This document shows, one piece after another, positions 37,506 through 45,486 of a stretch of DNA of 64,000 bases. The stretch covers positions 1,662-65,661 of the forward strand of contig JBHOQN010000026.1 in assembly GCA_042408965.1 (NCBI GenBank), given 5' to 3'. Each line of letters starts with the position of its first letter. Positions within the stretch are counted from its first letter, which is position 1. A model generated the notes under the pieces. It did not search any database and was not told where the DNA came from. It saw only the letters and a program-made list of their open reading frames with translations. Made by a program: the position numbers and the translations under genes. Origin of the DNA: Ktedonobacteraceae bacterium (GTDB lineage Bacteria; Chloroflexota; Ktedonobacteria; Ktedonobacterales; Ktedonobacteraceae).

Positions 37506-37530
37506 GCGTCTCCCCCCTGAGGGGAGGCGC
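37506..37530 (+). terminator. Hairpin GCGTCTCCCC-CCTGA-GGGGAGGCGC
   Basis: 10-bp stem (one G-U pair) directly after the orphan tail. Confidence 0.55.
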
Positions 37531-37539
37531 GTCGCTTCC

Positions 37540-37569
37540 TTGACGCTGTCCCGCCCGGCGGCGTAGAAT
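37540..37569 (+). promoter_or_regulatory. sigmaA-type promoter of the coxD-coxE-xdhC cluster
   Basis: TTGACG-18bp-TAGAAT. Confidence 0.6.
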
Positions 37570-37725
37570 AGGAGAGACCACAATAGCGACCCTGTGCCTG
37601 CTCGCCTGTTCACTCATACACAGGGCACGCTCTGGCCTCTCTCTGCCCGCCCGTCTCGCTCAGCGCGATGGCCCGGGTGGGTGGTGTCAGCGCGTGATAG
37701 TTTGCTTATGATCTGGAGGCTCTCG

Positions 37726-38646
37726 TTGAACCAGGAACAGCAATCACTGGTCATTCCATTCTCTTCCATTGAAGATGTGCAACGGGCGATGTTCGCCCGG
37801 CGCTATGTAGCAGATCGCAGCCTGGCCACAGCCGTGTTCCTGGCACTCAAACGACGTAAGCCGCTGCTGCTGGAGGGCGAACCGGGCGTTGGCAAGACGG
37901 AGGTCGCCAAGGTCCTGGCCGACCTGCTGGAGACGCGCCTCATTCGCCTGCAGTGCTATGAAGGTATCGATGTCAGTACGGCGGTGTATGAGTGGAATTA
38001 CACGCGCCAGATGTTGCATATTCGCCTGATGGAGGCCAGAGAGACCTCTCGCCAGGAGGAACTCAAGGAGATCTTCGGGCCGGATTTTCTCATCAAGCGT
38101 CCGCTGTTGCAGGCCATCGATCCGGCGAATGCCAGGGCCCCTGTCTTGCTGATCGACGAGCTGGATCGCAGCGATGAGGAGTTCGAGGCCTATCTACTGG
38201 AGCTGCTCTCGGACTTTCAGATCACCATTCCTGAGATTGGCACGGTGGCCGCCGGAGAGCCGCCCGTGGTGGTGATTACCTCGAATCGCACGCGCGAGAT
38301 CCATGATGCCCTGCGCCGGCGCTGTCTCTATTACTGGATCGACTATCCAACGCTCGACAAGGAATACTCGATTGTACTGGCGCGTATGCCAGAGGTGCCT
38401 GAGCGTCTGGCGAAGCAGGTCTGTGTCTTCGTGCGTGAGCTGCGTGCGCTCGATCTCTTTAAGGCTCCAGGCGTGGCCGAGACCCTTGACTGGATTGCCT
38501 CGCTACTGGCGCTCGATCAGATGGAGCTGGTTGAGGGAGCGGTGCGCGATACACTGGGCGCCCTCCTGAAGTATCAGGACGACGTGCTGAAGGTTGGTGG
38601 CAACGATCTTGGCAAACTCGTGCAAAAAGCGCGCAGCGCTGGTTGA
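37726..38646 (+). CDS. coxD: MoxR-type AAA+ ATPase, CoxD-like
   Basis: GEPGVGKT, RLQCYEGID, LLIDELDRSDEEFEA and TSNRTRE motifs; TTG start after GGAGG. Confidence 0.9.
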   Translation: MNQEQQSLVIPFSSIEDVQRAMFARRYVADRSLATAVFLALKRRKPLLLEGEPGVGKTEVAKVLADLLETRLIRLQCYEGIDVSTAVYEWNYTRQMLHIRLMEARETSRQEELKEIFGPDFLIKRPLLQAIDPANARAPVLLIDELDRSDEEFEAYLLELLSDFQITIPEIGTVAAGEPPVVVITSNRTREIHDALRRRCLYYWIDYPTLDKEYSIVLARMPEVPERLAKQVCVFVRELRALDLFKAPGVAETLDWIASLLALDQMELVEGAVRDTLGALLKYQDDVLKVGGNDLGKLVQKARSAG

Positions 38647-40073
38647 TGGCTATGCTGGCAGAGAATTTTGATGCGCATGAGTATGCGCCCCTCCCCGATC
38701 GCGAGCCCGATGAGGCCCTCCTGTCCTCTCAGCACGATGGCCACGCGCCCTCCGCTGCTGCGCGCCAGGCGCCACTCACCCAGAAGGAGCTTGAGCGCGG
38801 CGAGCGTCTGCTCTATCGCCTGACTGAGTTCGGCCATCTTCTCTGGGAGTCGGGGATCGACGTGGGACCACAGAAGCTGCTCGATCTGGCTGAAACCCTC
38901 GACTATATTGATATTACCGAGCCCGCAGACTTCTACAACGCGCTCAAGTGCTCGTTGCTGGCCCGCCACGAGCAGGAGACACTCTTCAATCAGCTCTTCA
39001 ATTACTACTGGCTCACGCGCGATCGTAAAGATCGACCGGCTGATCCAGGCGCCACGCGGCGCGATGATCGCCAGGTGCGCCTCCCGCCATCTGAGCGCAA
39101 GCGCCTGGCAGAGCACCTGAATGCCGATCACCAGCAGCGTGAGATGCGTGCCAGTGGGCGTGAGAGCGAGCGGCGTCATGCGCTCGATGAGCAGGCGGGC
39201 GAGCGTGACGATGATCAGGCGCCGCCTCAGGGAACGGCCTACAGTGCCCTCGAATTGCTGCGCAAGAAGGACTTTGACTCCTTCACCTGGGAGGAGGTCC
39301 AGGAGGCCAGGCGTCTCATGAGCGAGATGCACTGGAATCTGGGGCTGCGTCCCACGCGCCGCAAGCGCCCGACGCGCGTTGGCGACTACCCCGATATGCG
39401 GCGCATCGTGCGGCGCAATCTCAAGTACGGCGCTGAGCTGCTCGAACTGACCTGGCGTGAGAACAAGCAGAAGCCGCGTCCGCTGGTGATCATCTGCGAC
39501 ATCAGCGGCTCGATGAGTCTCTATTCACGGCTGCTGCTCCACTTTATTCATACCATCTCCAATGGCCTGCTCAATGTGGAGGCCTTCGTCTTCGGAACAC
39601 GACTGACGCGCATCACGCGGCAGCTCAAACGGCGCGACGTAGATGATGCTGTGCGCGAAGTCTCGCGCTCGGTGCAGGACTGGTCAGGTGGCACGCGCAT
39701 CGGCGATGCCCTGCATACCTTCAATCAGCAGTGGGCCAGGCGCGTGCTGGGTCGAGGCGCCGTGGTGCTGATCATCAGCGATGGTTGGGATCGCGGTGAT
39801 GCCGCGGTCTTGCAGGTCGGAATGGATCGTCTGCAGCATAGCTGCCATCGCCTGATCTGGCTCAATCCCCTGCTCGGCTCGCCAGATTATCGTCCGCTGA
39901 CGATTGGCATGAAGACGGCGCTCCCCTACATCGACGATTTCCTGCCAGCCCACAACCTGGATAGCTTGATCCAGCTTGGCAAGCTGCTGGAAAATATTGA
40001 CGATCGGCGACCTGCGCGCACACCGGCTGCGCGTCGTGAAGCGATCAAGGCCTGGACGCGAGCTGCTCCCTGA
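38646..40073 (+). CDS. coxE: VWA-domain protein, CoxE-like
   Basis: MIDAS DISGSM, FVFGTRLTRIT, WSGGTRIG, SDGWDRG and WLNPL motifs; ATG overlaps the coxD stop. Confidence 0.9.
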   Translation: MAMLAENFDAHEYAPLPDREPDEALLSSQHDGHAPSAAARQAPLTQKELERGERLLYRLTEFGHLLWESGIDVGPQKLLDLAETLDYIDITEPADFYNALKCSLLARHEQETLFNQLFNYYWLTRDRKDRPADPGATRRDDRQVRLPPSERKRLAEHLNADHQQREMRASGRESERRHALDEQAGERDDDQAPPQGTAYSALELLRKKDFDSFTWEEVQEARRLMSEMHWNLGLRPTRRKRPTRVGDYPDMRRIVRRNLKYGAELLELTWRENKQKPRPLVIICDISGSMSLYSRLLLHFIHTISNGLLNVEAFVFGTRLTRITRQLKRRDVDDAVREVSRSVQDWSGGTRIGDALHTFNQQWARRVLGRGAVVLIISDGWDRGDAAVLQVGMDRLQHSCHRLIWLNPLLGSPDYRPLTIGMKTALPYIDDFLPAHNLDSLIQLGKLLENIDDRRPARTPAARREAIKAWTRAAP

Positions 40074-40198
40074 CGCATGGCGGGCAGATCCACCAGCGTG
40101 GAGGGAGGGTCTTCCCCGCTGGTGGAGCGAGGCTGCCGCCGCATCTGCCTGCCGAATGTCACCCGGTACAAGTTCCTGAGGATCTGGAGGTATTCCCT

Positions 40199-40516
40199 AT
40201 GCGTGATATTCTGCCCGATGTTGAGCGCTGGCGCACGCAGGGCGAGCGTGTCGCTGTGGCCACGGTGGTCTCCGTGGCAGGATCAGCGCCGCGCCGGCCT
40301 GGTGCCCGGTTGGCTGTCAGCGAGAAAGGTGAGATCAGCGGCTCTGTCAGCGGCGGCTGCGTGGAGCCTGCCGTTGTCGAGGCTGCTCTGCAGGTCATCA
40401 AGGATGGTCGGCCGCAGATGCTCGAGTTTGGCATCAGCGAGGAGGAGAATTTTGAGAAGATCGGCCTGGCCTGTGGGGGCACTATTCATGTCTTTGTCGA
40501 GCGCCTCGACTGGTAG
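40199..40516 (+). CDS. XdhC/CoxI N-terminal domain protein
   Basis: GSAPRRPGA, GSVSGGCVE and GLACGG motifs. Confidence 0.88.
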   Translation: MRDILPDVERWRTQGERVAVATVVSVAGSAPRRPGARLAVSEKGEISGSVSGGCVEPAVVEAALQVIKDGRPQMLEFGISEEENFEKIGLACGGTIHVFVERLDW

Positions 40517-40576
40517 GGAGGTAGCCAGACACGATAGGAGACGAGCAGCGCCTTATACTCAGGCAGGAGGAACACG

Positions 40577-41344
40577 ATGAGTGGATTGTATGAGGAGTTC
40601 AAGCAGCAGCTTGCGCGCGAGCAGGGAGTAGCTCTGGCCACTCTGGTGCGCGGACCCGATCAGGAGCAGGTCGGCGCGAAGCTGCTGGTCTTCCCCGATA
40701 AGAGCTTTCGCGGCACGCTGGGCGACACCGAGCTAGATGCGCGCGTGGCTGAGGATGCCGAACGGGCGATCTGGATCGGTGAACCAGGGACGCGCACCTA
40801 TACTCTGGCCGCGCAGCATTTCGACGTCTTTATTGAGGGCTTTCCGCCGCCGCCGCGCCTGATTATTGTCGGCGCTGGCCACATTGCCATTCCCCTGACC
40901 ACCTTTGCCAGGACCCTGGGCTATCGCGTCATTGTGATCGATGCCCGTGCGGCCTTTGCCACCCGCGAGCGCTTTCCTCATGCCGATGAGTTGATTGTGG
41001 CTTGGCCGGATGAAGTCCTCGAACAGCTTGATCTCAATCCTTCGACGGCCGTTGCTGTGCTGACGCACGACCCTAAATTTGATGAGCCATCGCTGAAGGT
41101 GGTCCTCTCACGGCGTGTCGGCTACGTGGGGGCCATCGGTAGCCGTAAGACCAGTCAGGAGCGCAGTGAACGTCTCAAGAAGCAGGGCCTCACGGATGAG
41201 CAACTCAGCCGCATTCACGCACCCATCGGCCTCAATATCGGGGCGACTTCCCCCGAGGAGATGGCGCTGGCCATCATGGCGGAGATCGTCGCAACGCGCT
41301 ATGCGAAGGACCGGGCGGCCATCCTGGACTGGTCGCAGAAATAA
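40577..41344 (+). CDS. xdhC: XdhC/CoxF family Moco-insertion chaperone (CoxI-like plus Rossmann domain)
   Basis: GAGHIA, VIDAR, LTHDPKFD, YVGAIGSR and PIGLNIGATSPEEMALAIMAEI motifs. Confidence 0.9.
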   Translation: MSGLYEEFKQQLAREQGVALATLVRGPDQEQVGAKLLVFPDKSFRGTLGDTELDARVAEDAERAIWIGEPGTRTYTLAAQHFDVFIEGFPPPPRLIIVGAGHIAIPLTTFARTLGYRVIVIDARAAFATRERFPHADELIVAWPDEVLEQLDLNPSTAVAVLTHDPKFDEPSLKVVLSRRVGYVGAIGSRKTSQERSERLKKQGLTDEQLSRIHAPIGLNIGATSPEEMALAIMAEIVATRYAKDRAAILDWSQK

Positions 41345-41390
41345 GGGCTGTAACTTCCCCGCCGGCGGTGCGTTTCTACATTACAGAAAG

Positions 41391-41422
41391 CAGGTAGGCC
41401 AGGTCTCTGATGGGCCTACCTG
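41391..41422 (+). terminator. Hairpin after xdhC
   Basis: CAGGTAGGCC / GGCCTACCTG, 10-bp perfect stem. Confidence 0.6.
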
Positions 41423-41433
41423 ATAGAGGCAAA

Positions 41434-41462
41434 TTGTGCTATGCGCACGTCTCGTATAGAAT
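41434..41462 (+). promoter_or_regulatory. sigmaA-type promoter of the LCP gene
   Basis: TTGTGC-17bp-TAGAAT. Confidence 0.55.
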
Positions 41463-41491
41463 AAGCATCCAGATTGCACAAAGGAAAAAGC

Positions 41492-42781
41492 ATGCCGGAC
41501 AATCCTTATTATCCGCATGATGACGACGCAACGCAGCCCTCAGTGCCGCCTGCTGCGCCACCCGGAGGCGCGGGCCAGGGGAAGTTAATCATAGGCAGCT
41601 TTCAGGATTCCGCGCGGCGGCCGCAGCGTACACCCTACCAGAATCCCCTCGCTCAGCAGCCACAGACGGACTACCCAGGTCCTCAGGGCGTCTATACGCC
41701 ACCGCAGCGGTTGCCGGTCGAGGGCTATCCCATGCCTGGACGCCCCGCAGGCGCCGCCGATGTAGCCGCGCGGCGGATGCGGAGACGCGGTGGCAGACGC
41801 CGACGAGGCTGTCTCATAGGCTGTCTCACACTGCTGCTGGTCTTTCTCTTGCTGGGGGGCTTCGCCATCTATGCGCTGCAGCGGGTTCTGGCCTTCGGCT
41901 CAGCCATCTCGCCGCAGTCGCCGCTGAGCACGCAGACGGGGTATATGGGCACCTCGGAGCGCGTCAATCTGCTGGTGCTCGGCTATGGCGGTGGTCAGCA
42001 TCAGGGCGCCTACCTGACTGATTCCATGCTTGTCATGAGCTTAATCCCCTCAAATCAGCATACGACGCTCATCTCTGTGCCGCGCGATCTCTGGGTTCAG
42101 GTTCCCTCAGGCTCTGGCCACTATGGGAAGATCAACAGCGTCTTTGAGGTTGGCTCTAACGATGGCCAGAACTTCATGGCCGGAGGGGAGGCCGCTGCCC
42201 AGAAGGTCTCTCTGATCACGGGTCTCGACGTTAAGTACTGGCTGACCATTGATTTCGAGGGGTTCCGCGATTTAATCAACGCCATTGGTGGCATCGATGT
42301 TTATGTCCCTGATTCGTTCACTGCGCTCTATCCCAAGAATGATGATCCCAATGTCGATGCCAGTTGGATCAAGGTCCACTTCTCCAAGGGAATGCAGCAT
42401 ATGAATGGTGAGACGGCCATTCGTTATGCCCGCGCGCGTGAGTCCCTCGATAATCCGGCCGAAGGTACCGATTTTGCCCGCTCTGCCCGTCAGATGATCA
42501 TTGTCAAAGCTGTGATCTCCAAGGTGAAGCAGTGGTCCACCTGGCCGCATCTCTTCGATGCCATGGATGCGCTCAAGCGTACCATCTATACCAATCTCTC
42601 CCTGGCTGATCTGGGCTTCTTCTCTCTCAAGATGGACCTGAACCAGGCTCATCGTATCGGGTTGAGCAATCAGAATGTGCTGGTCGATTCTCAGTCCTCA
42701 GATGGTCAGTACATCCTCGTTCCACAAAACAATAACTGGCAGTTGATTATTGACTATGTGCGGCAGCATCTCTATAACTGA
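41492..42781 (+). CDS. LytR-CpsA-Psr (LCP) family glycopolymer transferase
   Basis: Pro-rich N-terminus, basic patch and TM; NLLVLG, TDSML, SVPRDLWV, KINS, YARAR and DFARSARQ motifs. Confidence 0.92.
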   Translation: MPDNPYYPHDDDATQPSVPPAAPPGGAGQGKLIIGSFQDSARRPQRTPYQNPLAQQPQTDYPGPQGVYTPPQRLPVEGYPMPGRPAGAADVAARRMRRRGGRRRRGCLIGCLTLLLVFLLLGGFAIYALQRVLAFGSAISPQSPLSTQTGYMGTSERVNLLVLGYGGGQHQGAYLTDSMLVMSLIPSNQHTTLISVPRDLWVQVPSGSGHYGKINSVFEVGSNDGQNFMAGGEAAAQKVSLITGLDVKYWLTIDFEGFRDLINAIGGIDVYVPDSFTALYPKNDDPNVDASWIKVHFSKGMQHMNGETAIRYARARESLDNPAEGTDFARSARQMIIVKAVISKVKQWSTWPHLFDAMDALKRTIYTNLSLADLGFFSLKMDLNQAHRIGLSNQNVLVDSQSSDGQYILVPQNNNWQLIIDYVRQHLYN

Positions 42782-42929
42782 GGCGCTTCCGGCGAGTCGC
42801 TGAGCGAAACCTGTTCTTCGCGTCACCAGGGCGCGGCAGGGCAGATGAAGCGACGGCCCTGGTCCGACGCACCTGAACAGGCTGAGCGCTCTGCATCTTC
42901 CGCGGTCTGTGAGAAGAGAGGCACCGGCT

Positions 42930-44372
42930 ATGGGACAACATCCCCGCCTTGTGGGTGGTGTCTATCGTGTCGGACAGATCATCAGCAGCGGTTCTGTCCT
43001 CACCAGTTGCACGGCTTACAATCGCAATACCAATGACGTCGTGGGGCTGCAGCTTATTGAACTACCGCCCGCGCTGGATCTGGCGCGCCTGCAGAGTCTG
43101 CTGGCACCGCTGGACCAGCGGCGTCTGGTGCAATCGCCACACGTGCTGCCGTTCTATGATTGGGGCCTTGACGGACACCTGCTCTATCTGGTGACCGATC
43201 CCCCACGGGGCCTGACACTGCGCCATGTCCTCGATCACGAACATATCGATCTCCAGCGTGCGCTGGAGATCGCACGCCAGTTGCTCAAGGGCCTGGAGGC
43301 GTTGCATGCCCGTGGTCTCTCTGGCATCGACCTGCGTCCGCAACTGATCACAGTACATGTGATCGAGCTGCGCGATCATGTGCTGCTCGACGATATCGGG
43401 CTGCGCTCGCTGCTCAATGCCCTGGGCTACGTCAGTCCTCAGCAGAGCAACGACATTGGCTTCTTTGATCCCCGGTACCTCGCGCCGGAGTACATGCAAG
43501 GAGGGGCGCCCGGCCCCTGGAGTGATGTCTACCACGTGGGCTTGCTGCTCTTTGAGCTGGTGACGGGCCGTTTGCCTTTCGTGGGGCGTACTCCTGCAGA
43601 GACTGGTCTGCAGCAGACCTCCGCACCGTTGCCGCGTCTGGAGCAGTACTACCATCACACGCCCCCGCTGCTGCAGGAGGTGCTCGATCGCGCCCTCGCC
43701 AAGCTGCCAGGCGAACGCTTTGCCTCAGCGCGTGCGCTGCTGACTGCGCTGGATGCCGTCAAGATCCCGCCGCCGCCAGCGCGTGTTCCGGCCTTCGGAG
43801 AGGTGACCATTCTCTCCTCGGCCGAAGAAGAGAGTGGCCAGAGCCAGCGATCTGTGACCGCCGAGATGTCCACCCTGGACATCTCGCTCCAGGCAACAGT
43901 GATCGAGCGGCCGGCGGCAGCCCAGGCCGGCGAGCCTCTTGCGCAAGTCTCTGCTGAGTCGACCAGCGAGGAAGAGGGGGTCTACGCCTATCTCTGCTTT
44001 GAGCCTCCTGATCAGGAGCCGCGACGTTTCCCCATGAAGAGTAGAAGCGCCGTTGTCGGACGGGCGGACCCCCGTCGCCATCTCTATCCTGATATCGATC
44101 TCACGCCTATCGATCCCAGAATGGTTGTCTCCAGGCAGCATGCTCGTATTCGCTTTGAAGAGACCTTCTTCTATATTGAGGACCTCAAAAGCCACAACGG
44201 CACCCGCCTGGGTGAGCTACGCCTGGTTCCGCTCAAAGCCGAGTTCCTGCAGCATGGCGATCATCTGCGCTTCGGCTCGGTGGAGTGCATCTTCCGCGTG
44301 CCTGGGGCGAGCGATCCCCCTGCGAGCAGACCGCCAGCGACGGGTGAGGGCGAGCAGGCTCCATCGTCGTAG
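42930..44372 (+). CDS. Degenerate Hanks kinase-like domain plus C-terminal FHA domain
   Basis: YLAPEY, WSDVY and ELVTGRLPF retained; Gly loop, VAIK Lys (GLQL), HRD (GID) and DFG (DIG) degenerate; FHA motifs VGR, VSRQHARI and DLKSHNGT. Confidence 0.85.
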   Translation: MGQHPRLVGGVYRVGQIISSGSVLTSCTAYNRNTNDVVGLQLIELPPALDLARLQSLLAPLDQRRLVQSPHVLPFYDWGLDGHLLYLVTDPPRGLTLRHVLDHEHIDLQRALEIARQLLKGLEALHARGLSGIDLRPQLITVHVIELRDHVLLDDIGLRSLLNALGYVSPQQSNDIGFFDPRYLAPEYMQGGAPGPWSDVYHVGLLLFELVTGRLPFVGRTPAETGLQQTSAPLPRLEQYYHHTPPLLQEVLDRALAKLPGERFASARALLTALDAVKIPPPPARVPAFGEVTILSSAEEESGQSQRSVTAEMSTLDISLQATVIERPAAAQAGEPLAQVSAESTSEEEGVYAYLCFEPPDQEPRRFPMKSRSAVVGRADPRRHLYPDIDLTPIDPRMVVSRQHARIRFEETFFYIEDLKSHNGTRLGELRLVPLKAEFLQHGDHLRFGSVECIFRVPGASDPPASRPPATGEGEQAPSS

Positions 44373-44389
44373 CGCAGTGGGTGAGTGGC

Positions 44390-45466
44390 TCAGCGGCCGG
44401 CAGTGGCGCTGGCGATGGCGATCAGGTCGGCCAGCAGACCCTGGGCCGTCTGACGGCGTCCGGCGCCGGGACCACTGATAGTGACGCGCTCCAGCGTATC
44501 GCTCTCGACAGTCAGGGCGTTCATCACGCCGTCGACATGCGCCAGCGGATCGCTCATCTCCAGGGCCACAGGCTCGACGCTGGCCTCCAGTGGTGCGCTC
44601 TCCACCGTGTCCGTGGCAAGGCGCAGCGAAGCGATCAGCTTGATGCGTCGGCCCTGCTGCTGGGCGGCCTTGACCTGCTCGGCAGTGATCGCAGTGATGC
44701 CGCGACGCCGCACCGCTGTGGGCTTGAGCGCGCGCCCGAAAACCAGGGCAGCCAGGATCAGGGTTTTGGCCAGCGCGTCGTAGCCCTCCACGTCGGCGGT
44801 GGGATCGGCCTCAGCATAGCCGGCGGCCTGAGCCTCGGCCAGGGCGTCTGCGTAGCTGCGCCCGGCGCTCATCGCCGTCAGGATATAGTTGGTGGTGCCG
44901 TTGAGGATACCGCGGAGCGCCAGAATGCGGGCCCCCGCCAGCCCTTCGCGCAGCGTGCTCAACACAGGCGTGCCTGCCATGACGGTCGACTCCATGCGCA
45001 GCAGTACGCCCTGCTGTCTGGCCAGGGCGAAGAGTTCGCTGGCCGCCAGGGCGCCCGGTCCCTTATTGGCGGTGATCACATGCCGGCCCTGCTGCAGCGC
45101 CAGACGGATGTGGCTCAGGCCTGGCTCTGCGTCCTGCAGGTTCGTCCCCGTCACCTCAGCCAGCACCTCCGCGCCGCCCTGAGCCTCGGCCGCCGTCGCG
45201 CGCAGCCCTTCGAGGGCGGTCGCCCAGTGGCAGGCGCCGGGGTAGGTCCTCAGGGGGGCCCCCACTCTGAGCCGTTCCAGTAGGAGGGAGCCGTCCAGAC
45301 CCTCGGCGCGATAGATATAGCCCTGACGGGCGCTGGCCACGCTGACCAGCGAGACATCCAGGGCGTACTGTGCGCGTAACCAGTCACGCTTCTCCGTGAG
45401 CAGCTCGACCAGACCCTGGCCGACTGTGCCGAAGCCGATGAGCGAAAGTCGCAGATGTTTCATCAT
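44390..45466 (-). CDS. hom: Homoserine dehydrogenase (no ACT domain)
   Basis: GFGTVG, VITANKG, ESTVMAGTP, GILNGTTNYIL, GYAEADPTADVEGYD and GPGAG motifs. Confidence 0.93.
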   Translation of the reverse strand: MMKHLRLSLIGFGTVGQGLVELLTEKRDWLRAQYALDVSLVSVASARQGYIYRAEGLDGSLLLERLRVGAPLRTYPGACHWATALEGLRATAAEAQGGAEVLAEVTGTNLQDAEPGLSHIRLALQQGRHVITANKGPGALAASELFALARQQGVLLRMESTVMAGTPVLSTLREGLAGARILALRGILNGTTNYILTAMSAGRSYADALAEAQAAGYAEADPTADVEGYDALAKTLILAALVFGRALKPTAVRRRGITAITAEQVKAAQQQGRRIKLIASLRLATDTVESAPLEASVEPVALEMSDPLAHVDGVMNALTVESDTLERVTISGPGAGRRQTAQGLLADLIAIASATAGR

Positions 45467-45486
45467 AGCCAGTGCTCCGCCTTATC

